DNA of 64,000 nucleotides from the NCBI RefSeq assembly GCF_009914755.1, contig NC_060936.1; one strand, 5' to 3'. The notes below the pieces were generated by a model. The model saw only the letters and a program-made list of their open reading frames with translations. It was not told the origin of the DNA and made no database searches. Every line of letters begins with the position of its first letter. The first letter of the stretch is position 1. This document shows positions 38,770 to 51,193 of the stretch, piece after piece. This DNA comes from the human T2T-CHM13v2.0 reference genome, Homo sapiens. A program made the translations under genes and the position numbers.

Positions 38770-38945
38770 TAGTTTATGTAATCTTTTCACACCCATTATA
38801 TTATTTGCACTTCACAAGATAGTTATTATTGCATCCATTTTACAGATGAGGAAACTGAAGCTCAAACTTAACCAATGACTTTTCCAAAGAGATGGAACTT
38901 GGCTTTGAATCCTAATCTCCAGACTCCACATCAAGTACTTTTCCC
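38770..38945 (-). mobile_element. MIR SINE
   Basis: CCATTTTACAGATGAGGAAACTGAAGCTCA core. Confidence 0.7.
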
Positions 38946-40728
38946 TTACTTCAGAAAGTGCTATTTTAAATGCTTTTATGGCTCTGGGCTGCCTTTAGAA
39001 TACTAGAAATCCTGTAGGATCACTTGCATGGGAAAGAGGGCAGAGAAGGATCAGTAGCCATGATGATCTGTCATGCCTGAATCATAGATGAGATTTGGGG
39101 ACTGGGTATAGGTCTCTGCCTCCTTACCAGAGTTTCCCTGGGCAGTGGGATAATCTCTAGGACAGTATCCTGTCAGAGGAAGAAGCTTCCAAAGGACTAG
39201 GACAGATCGTCCAAGTAGGGTTAGGCACTCTCATTGGCACTCTGTGTGCATCCAGCCTGGAAAGGAAGCTCAGTGAAAACATATTAACTGGGATGCAGAC
39301 AGACCCTGATGCCCACATGTTGCTCAGAGGACTTTAGCACAGAGTGAGTTCTTAGAAATAAATAGATTTGTACTCCCTCCCCACTTCTTTGTTAATTAAT
39401 AAAGCCAAAAATGTAGGTGATATGGTATAGATAGAAGCAGACCTGGCATGTGATTGGGTTCATTTCTTCATGAAGCATTTATTGAGCACCTAGCATCCTT
39501 TCATCAAGGAAGGTTGGGATCTAGAGGAAAACCAAACATATTAACAAATAATTATCACATAGTAAAACTGTCATGGAAGAGGCATCTATGGAACACTACA
39601 GAAGAAAAACAAAGAAGAAATTTGCCACCCACCCACCTCTTCTGTGGTGTCTTGTTGAGAGAGTCTTCCACCCCTATTTCTGGTGAAGAAAGTACCCATT
39701 TGATGGAAATTTTCTCTCTTGGCCTTTCTCAGTGACCTACTGGAAGTTGAATAATTTCTGGAGTCTTTTGGACAGCCATTGATGTGTCATAAAAATGGCA
39801 AAAGCAAATTCATGGAATTGGGACTTACTGTGATAAAACACAGAAATGAGGTATAGGTGGATAGTTAAAAGTTTCCACTTTGGGTAATATTTAGGTATAA
39901 AATAGACACATATCTGTGCAGAGTGGTTGGGAAGCTGAGGGCTGGGCAGATAATTTTGAGATGTTTATTTTAGCTGTATGATTTGTTTTATTGTCTGGTA
40001 AGTGGTTACTTCAGAAACACTGTACAGATTGTATTTCCTAAAGTCACACAGTTGAGAATCTATTAAGCTTGAGCAAAACTTGATGCTTATTAAATAAACA
40101 TTCTAAACATTCTCTTCAATTTTGCATGATTCTTTCTAAATAACTTTCCCTACCATGGGACTGTCATACCTAACACCTCAGAAAGTGGAAATTCCAGCAC
40201 TGTTGCTGTTTGTGGTCTAAATGCAGATGCACACACTGAAGCTCCTTGAAAGCTTGTCTTCCTGCTGTATATCCTTTCAGCTTCTCTCATATTTCACCTT
40301 CCCTTTCCTCTTCCAGCTTGACCCTCCATGGGGCCATCTGTGTGACTCCTTGGAATCTCCTGTGATAAGATGTGGGTTCTCTGTCAACAGCCTTTGGACC
40401 TGGTCTAGAACTTCTAAGCCAGGAGCTGCCCCCACAGTGAGAGGCGGACAGTCCAGCCAGATTCTTTTCACCCCTATCAGGTCAGACAGTTTCAAATCTT
40501 GCTGTAACACCAAATTCACCCATGGGAACCTATAAAACAAAGGGAAATGAGGAAGGTAACTTTTATTATAAGACTGTTTGGAGTCTGCAGAAATAGAATG
40601 AAGACTACAGTGGAAAAGAGATCTCACAGTAACTGAGCAGGCTTTCCTGACTCTGTCCTAACAACTGGCCACTATTTTGAGGTGAAAAATGGTCTCGAGC
40701 AGAGAGATGTCTCAGATGACTATGTATA

Positions 40729-41357
40729 TAGTTGATTCCCATTATTTGAGAAATTGGTATTTGTAAGTTTTCCTACTTGCTAAAATTTATTCATAACCCC
40801 AAGATCAACACTATTAGTGCTTTCATGGCCATTCAAGGACATGTGCAGAGCAGGAAGAATTTGAGTCATCTGAAGCACATGTTCCCAGCTGAGGTCAAGC
40901 AAGGCAATGCTCTGTCTTCTTGTTTATCTTTTATATTGTAAACAAGAGTCCTTTTCTCAGTCTATTGAGTGCCATTTTTTCACATTTGTGCTTACTTGTC
41001 GGTGATTTCAGTGTTTAAAATTGTCCCCAAGTGTAGTGCAGAAGTGTTGTCTATTGTTCCTCAGTGGAAGAAGACTGTAATGTGCCTTACAGAGAAAATA
41101 CATGTGTTAAATAAATTTCATTCAGGCATGAGTCATGGTGCTGGTGGCTGAGTTCAATGTTAATGAGTCAACACTGTATATTAAATAAGATGTATTTAAA
41201 CAGAGACACATGAAACAAGGTTCACAAAAGTGTGACTAGAGGCTTGCAGGAACCTAACACTGTACTTCCCCTAGGAGCAATGGTTTAGTATTTGCTTATT
41301 CAGCATTTGTGGTGACTTTATAGAAAACAACAAGAATGAATAATGAGAACTGAGTTG
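40729..41357. mobile_element. MER82-like TcMar-Tigger DNA transposon
   Basis: AGTTGATTCCCATTATTTG...CCTACTTGCTAAAATTTATT...GTTCCCAGCTGAGGTCAAGCAAGGC...GAATAATGAGAACTGAGTTG, with degenerate terminal inverted repeats. Confidence 0.8.
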
Positions 41358-42767
41358 TTTTTTTTGTTTTGTTTTTTAAAAGCAGTCATTTGTAAATCTA
41401 TTCATATCACATTAAGCACAGTCTGGAAAGAAAATGGTGGTATTTATACAATCTCTAATGAATACAATAAACAAATGTAATTCTTCATAAGACAAAATAA
41501 TTGTTTACAACTAATTAAAGCCTACTTACCTTCATCGAGATTTAATTTCTCTGTTTGCAAACAATATTAAATTTCAAGGCAAAGAAACAAAGGAAGGCCA
41601 CCTCTTAATCCACCCCTGCATTTGTGGAGAACAAGGCTATTCCATTTACCATAGAGCTTTGTGAAACATTCATAATTCATAGAAGGGGCCATCTGAAAGC
41701 ATTTCCCAGAATTGTCACAAAATTCTGCCAGCTCCTGCAGTGATGAAAACGTACAGTCTTGTGAATATGATTAAGGTGCATTGGAATCTAAGGAAACCAT
41801 CCAATAGCCACTTTGCTCTCTTCACGCTCTTGGAATGTAGTCTCTGGAAGAAAGTCAGTTCTGACAGATGATTTCATGGTGTTTTACTCAGTGTGGGATG
41901 TACTTTAGAAGCAGTATATCAAAACCTTGACCTTTATTTCATTTTTTTCTTTATTGTTGATTTAGAAGATTAAAGGCATTCCAAAATCTTTTTCTAAATG
42001 TCTTCTCATATATGCAACAAAAAGGATTCAGAAAGGATTTGACACACAATGTAGAAGCATAAATCAGCCAAGGGGAGGATATTTGCAAATTGCTCTCCCC
42101 GTTATAATTTCATCTCATTAGGGAAGAAGGGACAGGTGGGTGTGCTAGCAGTTACAGATCAGGAATTGCATTTTCTTTCTAGATTGGTGAGGGATCGTAC
42201 GGTATGAAACCCCCTTCTGAGAAAGCTATGCAGGTTTTTATTACACATAAAAATCCTCCTCTGGTGGATTTTTGCAGTTTACAGAAAATGTGTAAACCGA
42301 AATTAGAAACTGCTTAGCTTTTACATTTTACTGACTTCTTGGGTTTAGTGTAAAAAAAGAAAGTGAAGGGATTCATGGTACAATTTTTATTTCCTTGATG
42401 GATTAAGATGAACATACGGTCTAAAGTAAATTTGTAAAATATATGTATTTAGTCACTGATGTCTAGAATATTTGATAGACCAAGGATGAAGGCATGTGGT
42501 CTAGGAGCTGTAAGACCTAATGAGTAATATTTGTGGTCACATTTGTATAACTCTATTGCTAACAAAGCCTGCTTTCTAAATACAGATGTCTTATGTTCAA
42601 CTCTGAGGTTTTCTGACAATGAACAGGGTAAGTATAATAATCTCAGAATATGCAAGAATATGACAATGAGTATGTGCAGTCATTTAATATTATCGTTTCA
42701 TCATTTTAATAGCCCTGTGGAGATATCAGTAAACAAGTATTTATTCAGTGCCGCCTTTAAACAATTT

Positions 42768-43140
42768 TATTTTTTTTATTGTGACAAAACATGCATAACA
42801 TTTTAACCATTTTAAAGTGTACAGTTCTATGGCATTAAGAGCACTCAAAATGTTGTGCAACCTTCACCATTATCCAGTTCTAGAACTGTTTCATCTTTCC
42901 AAATGGAAACTCAGAACCCATTAAACAATAACTCCCCATTTCCCTCTCCTCCAAGACCCTAGTAACCTTTATGCTGCTTTCTGTCTCTATGACTTTGCCC
43001 ACTCTGGATACCTCATATTAGTGGAATCATACAATATTTATCTCTTTGTAACTGGCTTATTTCACTTGGCATGATGTTTCCAAGGTATATCCGTGTTGTA
43101 GCCTGTATCAGAACTTCATTCCTTGTTAAAGCTGAATGAA
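42768..43140 (-). mobile_element. L1MB-like 3' UTR fragment
   Basis: TTTTAACCATTTTAAAGTGTACAGTTC...CTTTCTGTCTCTATGACTTTGCC...GTGGAATCATACAATATTT. Confidence 0.85.
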
Positions 43141-44083
43141 CAATTAAATTTTCCAGGATCCACTAGTGTTTCAGACACTATTCTAGACCTGAGTTTCTTA
43201 CTGGGAAATCTTTCTGTTTATATTTTTCCCCATGGTGTCCACACTCTGGGAACATGATCACTTTATCCTGACTCCTGGCTTCTAGACAGGACAATGTCTT
43301 TTTCTTTCTCAGGTCCAAATTCAAATGACTACTCTTTGAATAAGACTATAAATATGTAATTATCAATAATCTATACTAATCACTACAAAGTAGCATACCC
43401 AACAATGCTGTGAAATGCAATCATAGTGATGTCTTTAAACCAGTGCTTCCAAGGGGCATGTTTAATGGCATGGCAAAGGAAGTGCCACGGTACTGCATGC
43501 AGGAGACAGCTACTTTCAATTTATACCATCAGGTAGTGACTTTTTCTACTAAGTGCAATAAATCAAACTTCTCTCTCTTTCTAGGAAGAGACAGAGAGGA
43601 GCAAAGCAAACCAAAAAGATTATTCCCATGATTAAAAAAGCAGACAACCAATATTTCTCCGAGTATATTGGAAGGAGGAATCTCCATGGAATCCAAATAA
43701 TAAAGATGACATATTTCAACAAATTTATAAGCAGACATTAAAGCCTGAGACCAGATACAAAGATGCAACCATCCTTATACAAAACATCGTGGAAAACACA
43801 AGAGTAGAAGCCTAACTGGGACTATGTAAAGACAAAAAATGTTCCAGCAGGCCCAGAAGAGGATTCTCTTGACCTTAATGGCTAAGTTTTCATTTAAGTT
43901 CCTAGAATGTAGAAACTAGAATTTGATTGCAGAGCACTATAATAATATTTGAAGTCTGTTGTATTATTCCAGGCTTTATTAACAATAGAGCAAGTGTATT
44001 TTAATTACATACTATTGGCCTAGTAACTCTTCATGCATGTTTGTTGTATTCAGAAAGTCCCAAGTTAATTAATTCCTCTGGGT

Positions 44084-44268
44084 CAGTGTCTCTCAAACTT
44101 TAGTACATATTAGAATCACTTGGAGGGCTTGTTAAAACATAGATTTCTGGGATCCATCCCCAGAATTTCTGAATCATTGTGTGGAGTGGAGCCTGAGATT
44201 GGCATTTCTGAACAGTTCCCAGGTGATGCCAAGGCTGCCTGCCTGGGGGCCATATTTTAAGAACTGTT
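44084..44268. mobile_element. MER5A hAT-Charlie MITE
   Basis: CAGTGTCTCTCAAACTTTAG...AGAATCACTTGGAGGGCTTGTTAAAACA...GTTCCCAGGTGATGC. Confidence 0.85.
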
Positions 44269-44339
44269 AGGTATATTTAGGTATATGTTAGATACCTGGA
44301 TTGGATGAGTTGAACTTCAGTTAAGATTGTGATAAGCAG

Positions 44340-45060
44340 ACTACATTTCAAATCTTCTCATCTTTTCCATCTGTGTTTTTACTTACCATTACTATCCAAT
44401 CCTCCATCAGTTTCGCCTGAAGTACAAGAGCCTCCAAACTGGTCTCCAACATCCTTTCTTGCCTTCCTCCAATTTATCCTCTACAGAGCAGCCAGGATTA
44501 TATTTTTAAAGCCTAAATCAGATCATTTTACTCTCTTGCTTAAAGCTCTTTGAACACTTTTAGTAGCACGAACTCCATAACACCCAGTCTTTGACTCGTG
44601 GCTCTCCAGGGCTTGCGTGATTTGGTCCCTGCCCATCTTTCTATCTTCATCTCCATCTCCTGCCTTCCTCCCTGTGATTCACTAAGCTTTTGTCACACTG
44701 ACATGCTTTCAGCTCCTTCAAACACACCAACATTTTCTCCCTTGAGATTTTTAACCCCCACCCCCTGGCATGCCCTTTGCTGCCATAACCTCTCTTCATC
44801 TACTCTATGTCTGGCTAGATCTTCCTTTTCTTTCAGATGTCAGCTTAAATATTATCTACACAAAAACATCTTTTTTGATCATACACAATTAAAGTATGTC
44901 CCTCCTTTTATCCTGTTTCTTATTAGACTTTATTATATTCTTTTATTGCCTTTACCACAGTTGTTTACTTTTCTCATTAGGCTCTAACTTGCTTGAGAAT
45001 GGGACCATGTCAACACAGTGCCCGAGAGACACTAAGTATTTGATTTGTTGAATCACTGAA
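44340..45060 (+). mobile_element. L2 3' portion
   Basis: CCTCCAAACTGGTCTCC...GCAGCCAGGATTATATTTTTAAA..CTAAATCAGATCAT...TTTGTTGAAT. Confidence 0.7.
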
Positions 45061-45339
45061 GACATAAGAGCAAACAAGCTGTTACTGAGTAATATTTATT
45101 CCCTGGGTTCAACTAGAGTAAGGATCCTGTCACTTGGGATGTTGAAACTTCAATTAATGCTACTGATGACTTTGCTCTGAGTTCTACCCATCTTTCCATC
45201 CCTGACTTGTGAAATTTTTGGTGGCCACCTTCAGCATGATTAGTATTAAGTCACAAGGCTTCACACCATTGCTTCAGTTCTACCTCATGCTATTCCAAAG
45301 AGCCTCCTGAGAGGGCTTCCCTAAGAGCTGAGAAAATTG

Positions 45340-45755
45340 AGAGGCTTTGATTAAATCAGAGTGTGTCCAGAACTAGAGAAGAAATTATCCTTTGGCAGTT
45401 TAGACTACATCAAAGACCACATTAGGATATTGTATTTAGTTTGGTATAAAGAAAAGTTGGAGCCTATTCAATAGAAGGAAGCCAGTACAGTCCAGAATTT
45501 GCGAAGTCTGTCACAGGAAGAGCAGTGAATAACTGGGAGAAACCTGGGAAGGAAGAAGCTGTCATCTTGGGAAAGAATGAAGCTTGTACTAACTTGTCCT
45601 AGAGGGGATGGCATATATTAGACAGAAGTTATAGGGAAGTGGATTTTGAGTCAACATAAGAAGGCATTTTCAACAAGTAGAGTTGTTGATAAATAGAATG
45701 AATTTACCTTGTGAGTGAAATTCTCTCATAACTGGAAGTGTTCAGACAGAAACAG
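45340..45755 (+). mobile_element. L3/CR1 LINE 3' fragment
   Basis: AGACCACATTAGGATATTGTATTTAGTTTGG...CAACATAAGAAGGCATTTT...ACTGGAAGTGTTCAGACAGA. Confidence 0.55.
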
Positions 45756-46525
45756 TGAAAAAGGTGAGAGGAAGAAGGGAATTAACATTTACTGTGAACC
45801 AGTTATTTTACCTATATAGTTATATGGAGGAAATCTTATTTTCCTGGCAGAAGACTTTTCCAAATCTGTACTATCTTCCTGGTGGAGGTGATATTTCGAG
45901 ATGCCTCTTGGATTGGGTGTGGTGGGTGAGATGCTCACAGAACATGTTCGAGGCAGAGTAGATGATCGTGGCTCAGTTGACCAACAAGCTTTTATTTTGC
46001 TGAATTTTATTTGTAAACTGAAGAGATAACTCAATATTTCAAAATAATCAAAGAAGGGTGAGGAAGATTTTTAGGGAGATTAATTTAGGGAAGAAAACAA
46101 TGTGAGACGGGGTAGCTGCCAGAGGAGAGAAATTCTGAGGGAACAACAGAGATACTTGATGGGAATTTGATGATGTTTCTGCTGTGGGTCTACAATATAA
46201 AATCATTTTTCCCCCCATCTCCCCATATAATTTCTGCAAAATATATATTTCTTTGTTAATGAACTGTGGCTTTGGCTACATTTTGTAGAAATCAATAAAT
46301 ACTAAATTTAGCCCTAAAACTGGTTCACAGCAACCACGGTGGACCATGGAAAAACACACCTGTGTCACACATCTCAATTCTCATAGCAACAGGATGCAGC
46401 GAGCAATTGTGTCTTCATATACAGATGAAGAAAATGAGGTCCAGGGAAATCGAAATCAGTAGGTTATTTATCTTATTTATTCTGTAACAGAGGCAACTTG
46501 AAAGAAATTCATTCCTTGGATGTAA

Positions 46526-46582
46526 GTGCACTGAAATGGCTTCCGGGATGTGAGAATGGACACACATTGGTGTGTATTGAAT
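46526..46582 (+). repeat. 57-bp dispersed direct repeat, copy 1
   Basis: 53/57 identical to 49290-49346; the last 34 bp are identical. Confidence 0.9.
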
Positions 46583-46746
46583 CAAATCTGCCAGATTATC
46601 TTCAATATCTTTTATTTCTTAAAATTTCATGGAGCAGGAAAGAGTGTCCAAGAGTGATCTCTCTGATAATACATGAACAAAGAGTTGTAGTAGTGATGCA
46701 AATAGAGATTACGAGGTAGTGACTTCGTAGGACTGGATGCTATAGA

Positions 46747-46936
46747 CAGGGCTGGCTTTGTGTGTGAGTCCAGTTCAGTCATACAAAACCCATGCTTATA
46801 AGAAGCCTACACTTGATTTAGTGCTCTGCTGTTGCTATCTTGAAATTCTTAATAATTTTAAATTTTTAATAATTTTTGAATAAGGAGTCTTGCATTTTTA
46901 TTTGCACTGAGCCCACAAATTATATAGCTGATCCTG
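46747..46936 (+). mobile_element. MER91A-like hAT-Tip100 MITE
   Basis: CAGGGCTGGCTTT...GCTCTGCTGTTGCTATCTTGAAATTCTTAATAATTTT...TAGCTGATCCTG. Degenerate 8-bp TSD GCTATAGA/GCTACAGT. Confidence 0.75.
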
Positions 46937-47052
46937 GCTACAGTCAAAGAAGTTTTATACCTGGTACTGGCATATTATCCAAGGAGCCTGACAATGTTTT
47001 AGAGGCCGCAGAATCTTGATCTTAGAAGGGAACTTGGCCTAGCACCCAATTT

Positions 47053-47209
47053 AGTAGTTTTCACTACTCTCTATTTAGCAGAATCACCTAAAGAACTTTT
47101 GAAAAATATGTATATCTGTGTCCCAAACCCCAAAATCCCAGATTTAATTGGTGTGGGTGGGACATCATCTTTTTTTAAAAGCTCTCCAGCTTATTCTGAA
47201 AACTACTGA
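47053..47209. mobile_element. MER5-like MITE
   Basis: AGTAGTTTTCA...CAGAATCACCT...TTTTTAAAAGCTCTCCAG...AAACTACTG. Confidence 0.6.
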
Positions 47210-48474
47210 CCTAATTCATTGGTACCTACTATTGGTACCTACTATATAGTTATGCCTGATTTGTTAAACTTCATTTACTCATTCACCAAATGTTGACTAA
47301 GTTTCTACTATGTGTAGAACATTGTAATAAGTTTTATAGGGCATAGGTAGATGAATAAACAAAGGTCATTGCCATCAAGAATCTAATAATATAACACATT
47401 TTCTAAGTGCTTTGACCTCCCAGTCCATCTCTCTGGTTCTCTTGCTTCCTTCCTCTCTCTTTCCAGACTGAGTCTTTAGCATCATTATACAACTTCTTTT
47501 CCCTGAAAGGTCCAAAAGCTTTAAATAATGTAACTTTTTTTCTCATCAAAATGTTTGGGCTCCCATTGTAATCCACATCCCTGCCTCTAGGTACTACTAT
47601 ACTCCTAGAGAACTGGCGTATACATTTATAAAGGCCCATTGTTAGAAGAAATTTACTTTGACAATAAGCAGCCCCAATCTTTATAGGCATGTTTCAGAGC
47701 AAAGCTCACTCATTTTGTCTCCTACAAGAGCTCCTCATCATCACCACCTGGGTTGTAATTGAAAGTTTAGGTGTGTTTTGCAGTCATTTTCCTTGGCATG
47801 AAGCCAGCAGGGAATGTCCTCCAATAATATAAATGCAACGTGGGTGTGGCACAGCCCATATTTTTAATCTCAAAAGGAGTGTTTATTGTTAACATTTGGG
47901 AGGATGGAGGATAGGGAATTAATTCTTTGTGTTTCTCTTTCTTGGGTATTTTCTTAGCTACAGGAGCCATGAAAGGCTCTTGCTGTGACCAAAAACCAAT
48001 TATAAATCTGTTTAGGAATTCATTTTTCATCTATTCCTAGCCCCACATTCCCTGAATCCCCACACTAGTTTAGGATTCATGACCATCCCTTTCTGAGGAC
48101 CTCCTGCCTCGGCCACAAGTACTATGGGGAACACTCACAGCTTCTTCATGAAGGATTATTTAGAGCTCTAATGCCTGTGAAAGGAATAGTTTTACTGAAT
48201 TCTTGGTCATGCAGGGAGTGGGCCTATAGTTTTAGGGCTTTGAAGAAGAGTCTACTGGGTGAATGTCCTCTCTCCTCGATCACCACCTTCTTTACACATA
48301 TCTTTTTATACGGCCTGCAGTCAAATACTTCAAACCCTCACCTGGGAAACTCAACTATATTCAACAGTAGGAGAAAGTCCACTGGCCTGCCTACCTCCAG
48401 CCATGGTTGTTTGCCTCTCCTAAATCAGTGCTAATTCCAGAAAGAGGGGTGGGGCTCTGCCTCCCTGAGAGAGC

Positions 48475-48826
48475 CAAGGGCATATCCAGCTTTTGTGTGG
48501 TCAGGAGTATATACAGTTTTGAGGCTCCCTCTTTGTTCTAGAAAAAGAAGACAAAATTATGAATTAAAAATTAGGTAAATGATTGAACGATAAAAGAATT
48601 CTCAATTAATTACTAGAGTCTTGGTGGCCCAGCAATTCTTTAGATCTTTTTAAAGCAATTTACCAAAATGCTTACATCAAAATGCTCTCTGATTGCCACC
48701 TGGCTTCTCCTTACCACCTAGAATGCTTCACACTTCCTAGCACCTCACAGCCCTCATGAGACTCTGAGCAGGTGCAGGGACCTGAGGCAGAAGCTTCCTT
48801 AACTTTAGGGTGAAATATTCCAATTG
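48475..48826. mobile_element. Ancient hAT-Tip100-like DNA element (MamTip/MamRep-type)
   Basis: ATCCAGCTTTTGTGTGG...AGAAAAAGAAGACAAAATTATGAAT..AAAATTAGG...GGACCTGAGGCAGAAGCTTCCTTAACTT. Confidence 0.45.
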
Positions 48827-49289
48827 TTTCCTGTTCTCATCAGCCAGGGGCAAGAGGCTGATTCATGCTGGTTTATTTACAAGGTGGTACCTCTAGCTGA
48901 AGTGAGGACTTCTTTCTGTTAGAGATACATGGCCTTCTCTCATATGAAGAAAGACTATTTCTGTTCTTAACAGAACTCTGATTTTTACCACTTCTTAGTT
49001 ATAAGTCTCCGCATTATCCTGTTCCTCCCTGGTTCTGGCTTAGATTACAAGAGCTTGTATTTATTTTAAATGTCTTCCACTGCCACACAGATGGAGAAAC
49101 ATCAACTCTTGGTTCCAAATTTACCCCTTAAAAGAAGAATGTTCCAGTTCTTCCTGCCATATGTGTGCCGCTGACTCAGAGAGCAAGAATGTGGTGGGAA
49201 AACAGACTGTGTTTACAGATGTCTTCTGCATGGCCTGTGCATCTCATAGACACACTGGCAACACATACCAGCACACACATGCCGTCTAC

Positions 49290-49346
49290 GTGCTCTGAAA
49301 TGACTTCCAGGGTGTGAGAATGGACACACATTGGTGTGTATTGAAT
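49290..49346 (+). repeat. 57-bp dispersed direct repeat, copy 2
   Basis: Matches 46526-46582. Confidence 0.9.
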
Positions 49347-50294
49347 GCAGTGGGACTTTATCCTGGCCGAGGAAATTCTGTAAACACCTAATGGTGGAAA
49401 ACACCGACTTTAAAATAGTTTAAAACTATAATTGTTTGTAAACCCTGGTAAAGCTAGAGCTGGTTCTCTTTAAATGAGGCAAGAGTGTAACATCCAAGAT
49501 TCATTCCACGCCAAAATTCTCTGGAGCATGAGTGATGGTAAGAAAGGCTATTAGGTTAACAAGAACATCAAATGGATAGAATAATCTTATTTCTCTCTCT
49601 CAGTGGAGGTTCTGTTTTGAATCTGCTGGAGTCTAATAATTAGTTGGTGTTGCTCTGAATTGTATCTGACATGTCTTTTCATGTTAGCTTTGCTGCATCT
49701 TATGCTTTAGGCTTTTGCAAGCTTCTCTGGATTAATGGATGGGGAGGGAGAATAAAAGGGTACTACCCATGGTGCCCAGAAGCAAAAGGAAAGCAAGTGA
49801 GAAGAAGGTGCATGTGGATGGAATTCCGAGAAGGGCCCACGCCATTCAGACTTAAGAACTGCTAAGTCCCAAAGGAGATACTTCTAGCATCTAGCAGGCA
49901 TCTGGTAACCTAACCTCTCTGTATCGCACATCCACCCAACCCACCTTTCCACTGGGAGTGTCAAAGTACGTAATGAAGCTCCCTGTCTTCCGTAAAGAAG
50001 TATCCTGCTTAGTATATGTAAACACAACACCTTGATCTTTTTTGTTTTGGAAAATAAAAACAAAACAAAATATCCAAAATAAACCAGAGATTTCTTTAAA
50101 AAGAAACGCACGCAAATAAAAACAACAACAAAAGACACTTTGAGTTTGTACTCCTGATGGAAAAATCATTACTGTGGACAAAGTTATGAGAAGTCAAAGT
50201 ATAGTTTGTTTTTAATAAGAGCTATCATTACATTCATGCTCAGGATGTGGCACTCAGAGTACTACGTATGTGTCACCACAGCTAAGATAGGTAC

Positions 50295-50775
50295 TGTTAC
50301 TCCAGGTAAGTAGAGTTCCCCCAAAATTCATGCCTACCTGGTACCTCAGAACGTGACCTTATTTGGAAGTAGGGTCTTTGCAGGTGTAATCCAGTTAAGA
50401 TGAGGTCATACTGGATTAGGGTGGACCCTAATCCAAGGATAAATGTCCTTCTAAGAAGAAGGTAGTGGGATACAGACACAGAGAGAAAACATCACGTGAA
50501 GACAGAGACATAGAAGAGAAGGCCATGTGATGGTGAAGGCGGAGATGGGAGTGATGCATCTGCAGGTTAAGGAAGGCCAAGAATTGCTGGCATTTCCAGA
50601 AGCTAGAGGAGGCCAGGAAGGATCCTCTCCCAGAGGCTTTAGAGAGAGCATGACCCTGAGAACACCTTCGTTTTAGACTTCTGGCTTCCGGAACTGTGAC
50701 AGAATAAATTTCTATTGTTATAAGTCACTGGGTATGTGGTAATTGGTTATGGTAGCCCCGAAGAAGTAACATACA
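50295..50775 (+). mobile_element. MLT1C-like MaLR solo LTR
   Basis: CCTCAGAACGTGACCTTATTTGGAA.TAGGGTCTTTGCAG...TAAGATGAGGTCATACTGGATTAGGGTGG...GAACTGTGACAGAATAAATTTC. Confidence 0.88.
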
Positions 50776-51185
50776 GATGAAGAATCTGTGCTTCTGATGG
50801 TCTTGCTGAAGCTCCTTGTGCAGGGGACGTGGTGAGCTGGCTACACACACAGCCTTCCACCTCGGCAGGGAAACTGCACAGTGAGGAGCACAGGGGCAGT
50901 CACAGCCAGTTCCTGGGCTCATAATCGACGACATTGGTCTTGGCCATTTGGACAGATCCACAGGATTCTAGAGAGAGGTTAAGAATGAAAGTGTAATGGT
51001 GATCATAAACCGCAGGAACAAAATGTATATACCTATTTATTTTTATTCTCACTTCATCCTAAAAAGGATTTAAAGTTCCTTTCATAGATGAAAATAATAG
51101 GACAAAATAAAATAAATTTAAACATAAGAAAGATGAAACAAAGGGAAGAAAAACAATGGTGGAATGCAGCAGTAATAAACCTACA

Positions 51186-51193
51186 TGACGTCA
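51186..51193. promoter_or_regulatory. Full palindromic CRE (TGACGTCA), motif only
   Basis: Exact consensus with its CpG retained, in non-repeat DNA. Confidence 0.3.

Noticed and set aside
47218-47245. 13-bp tandem duplication ATTGGTACCTACT (similar small duplications at 17883-17945 and 29611-29640)
   Set aside because: Ordinary replication-slippage duplications with no further structure.
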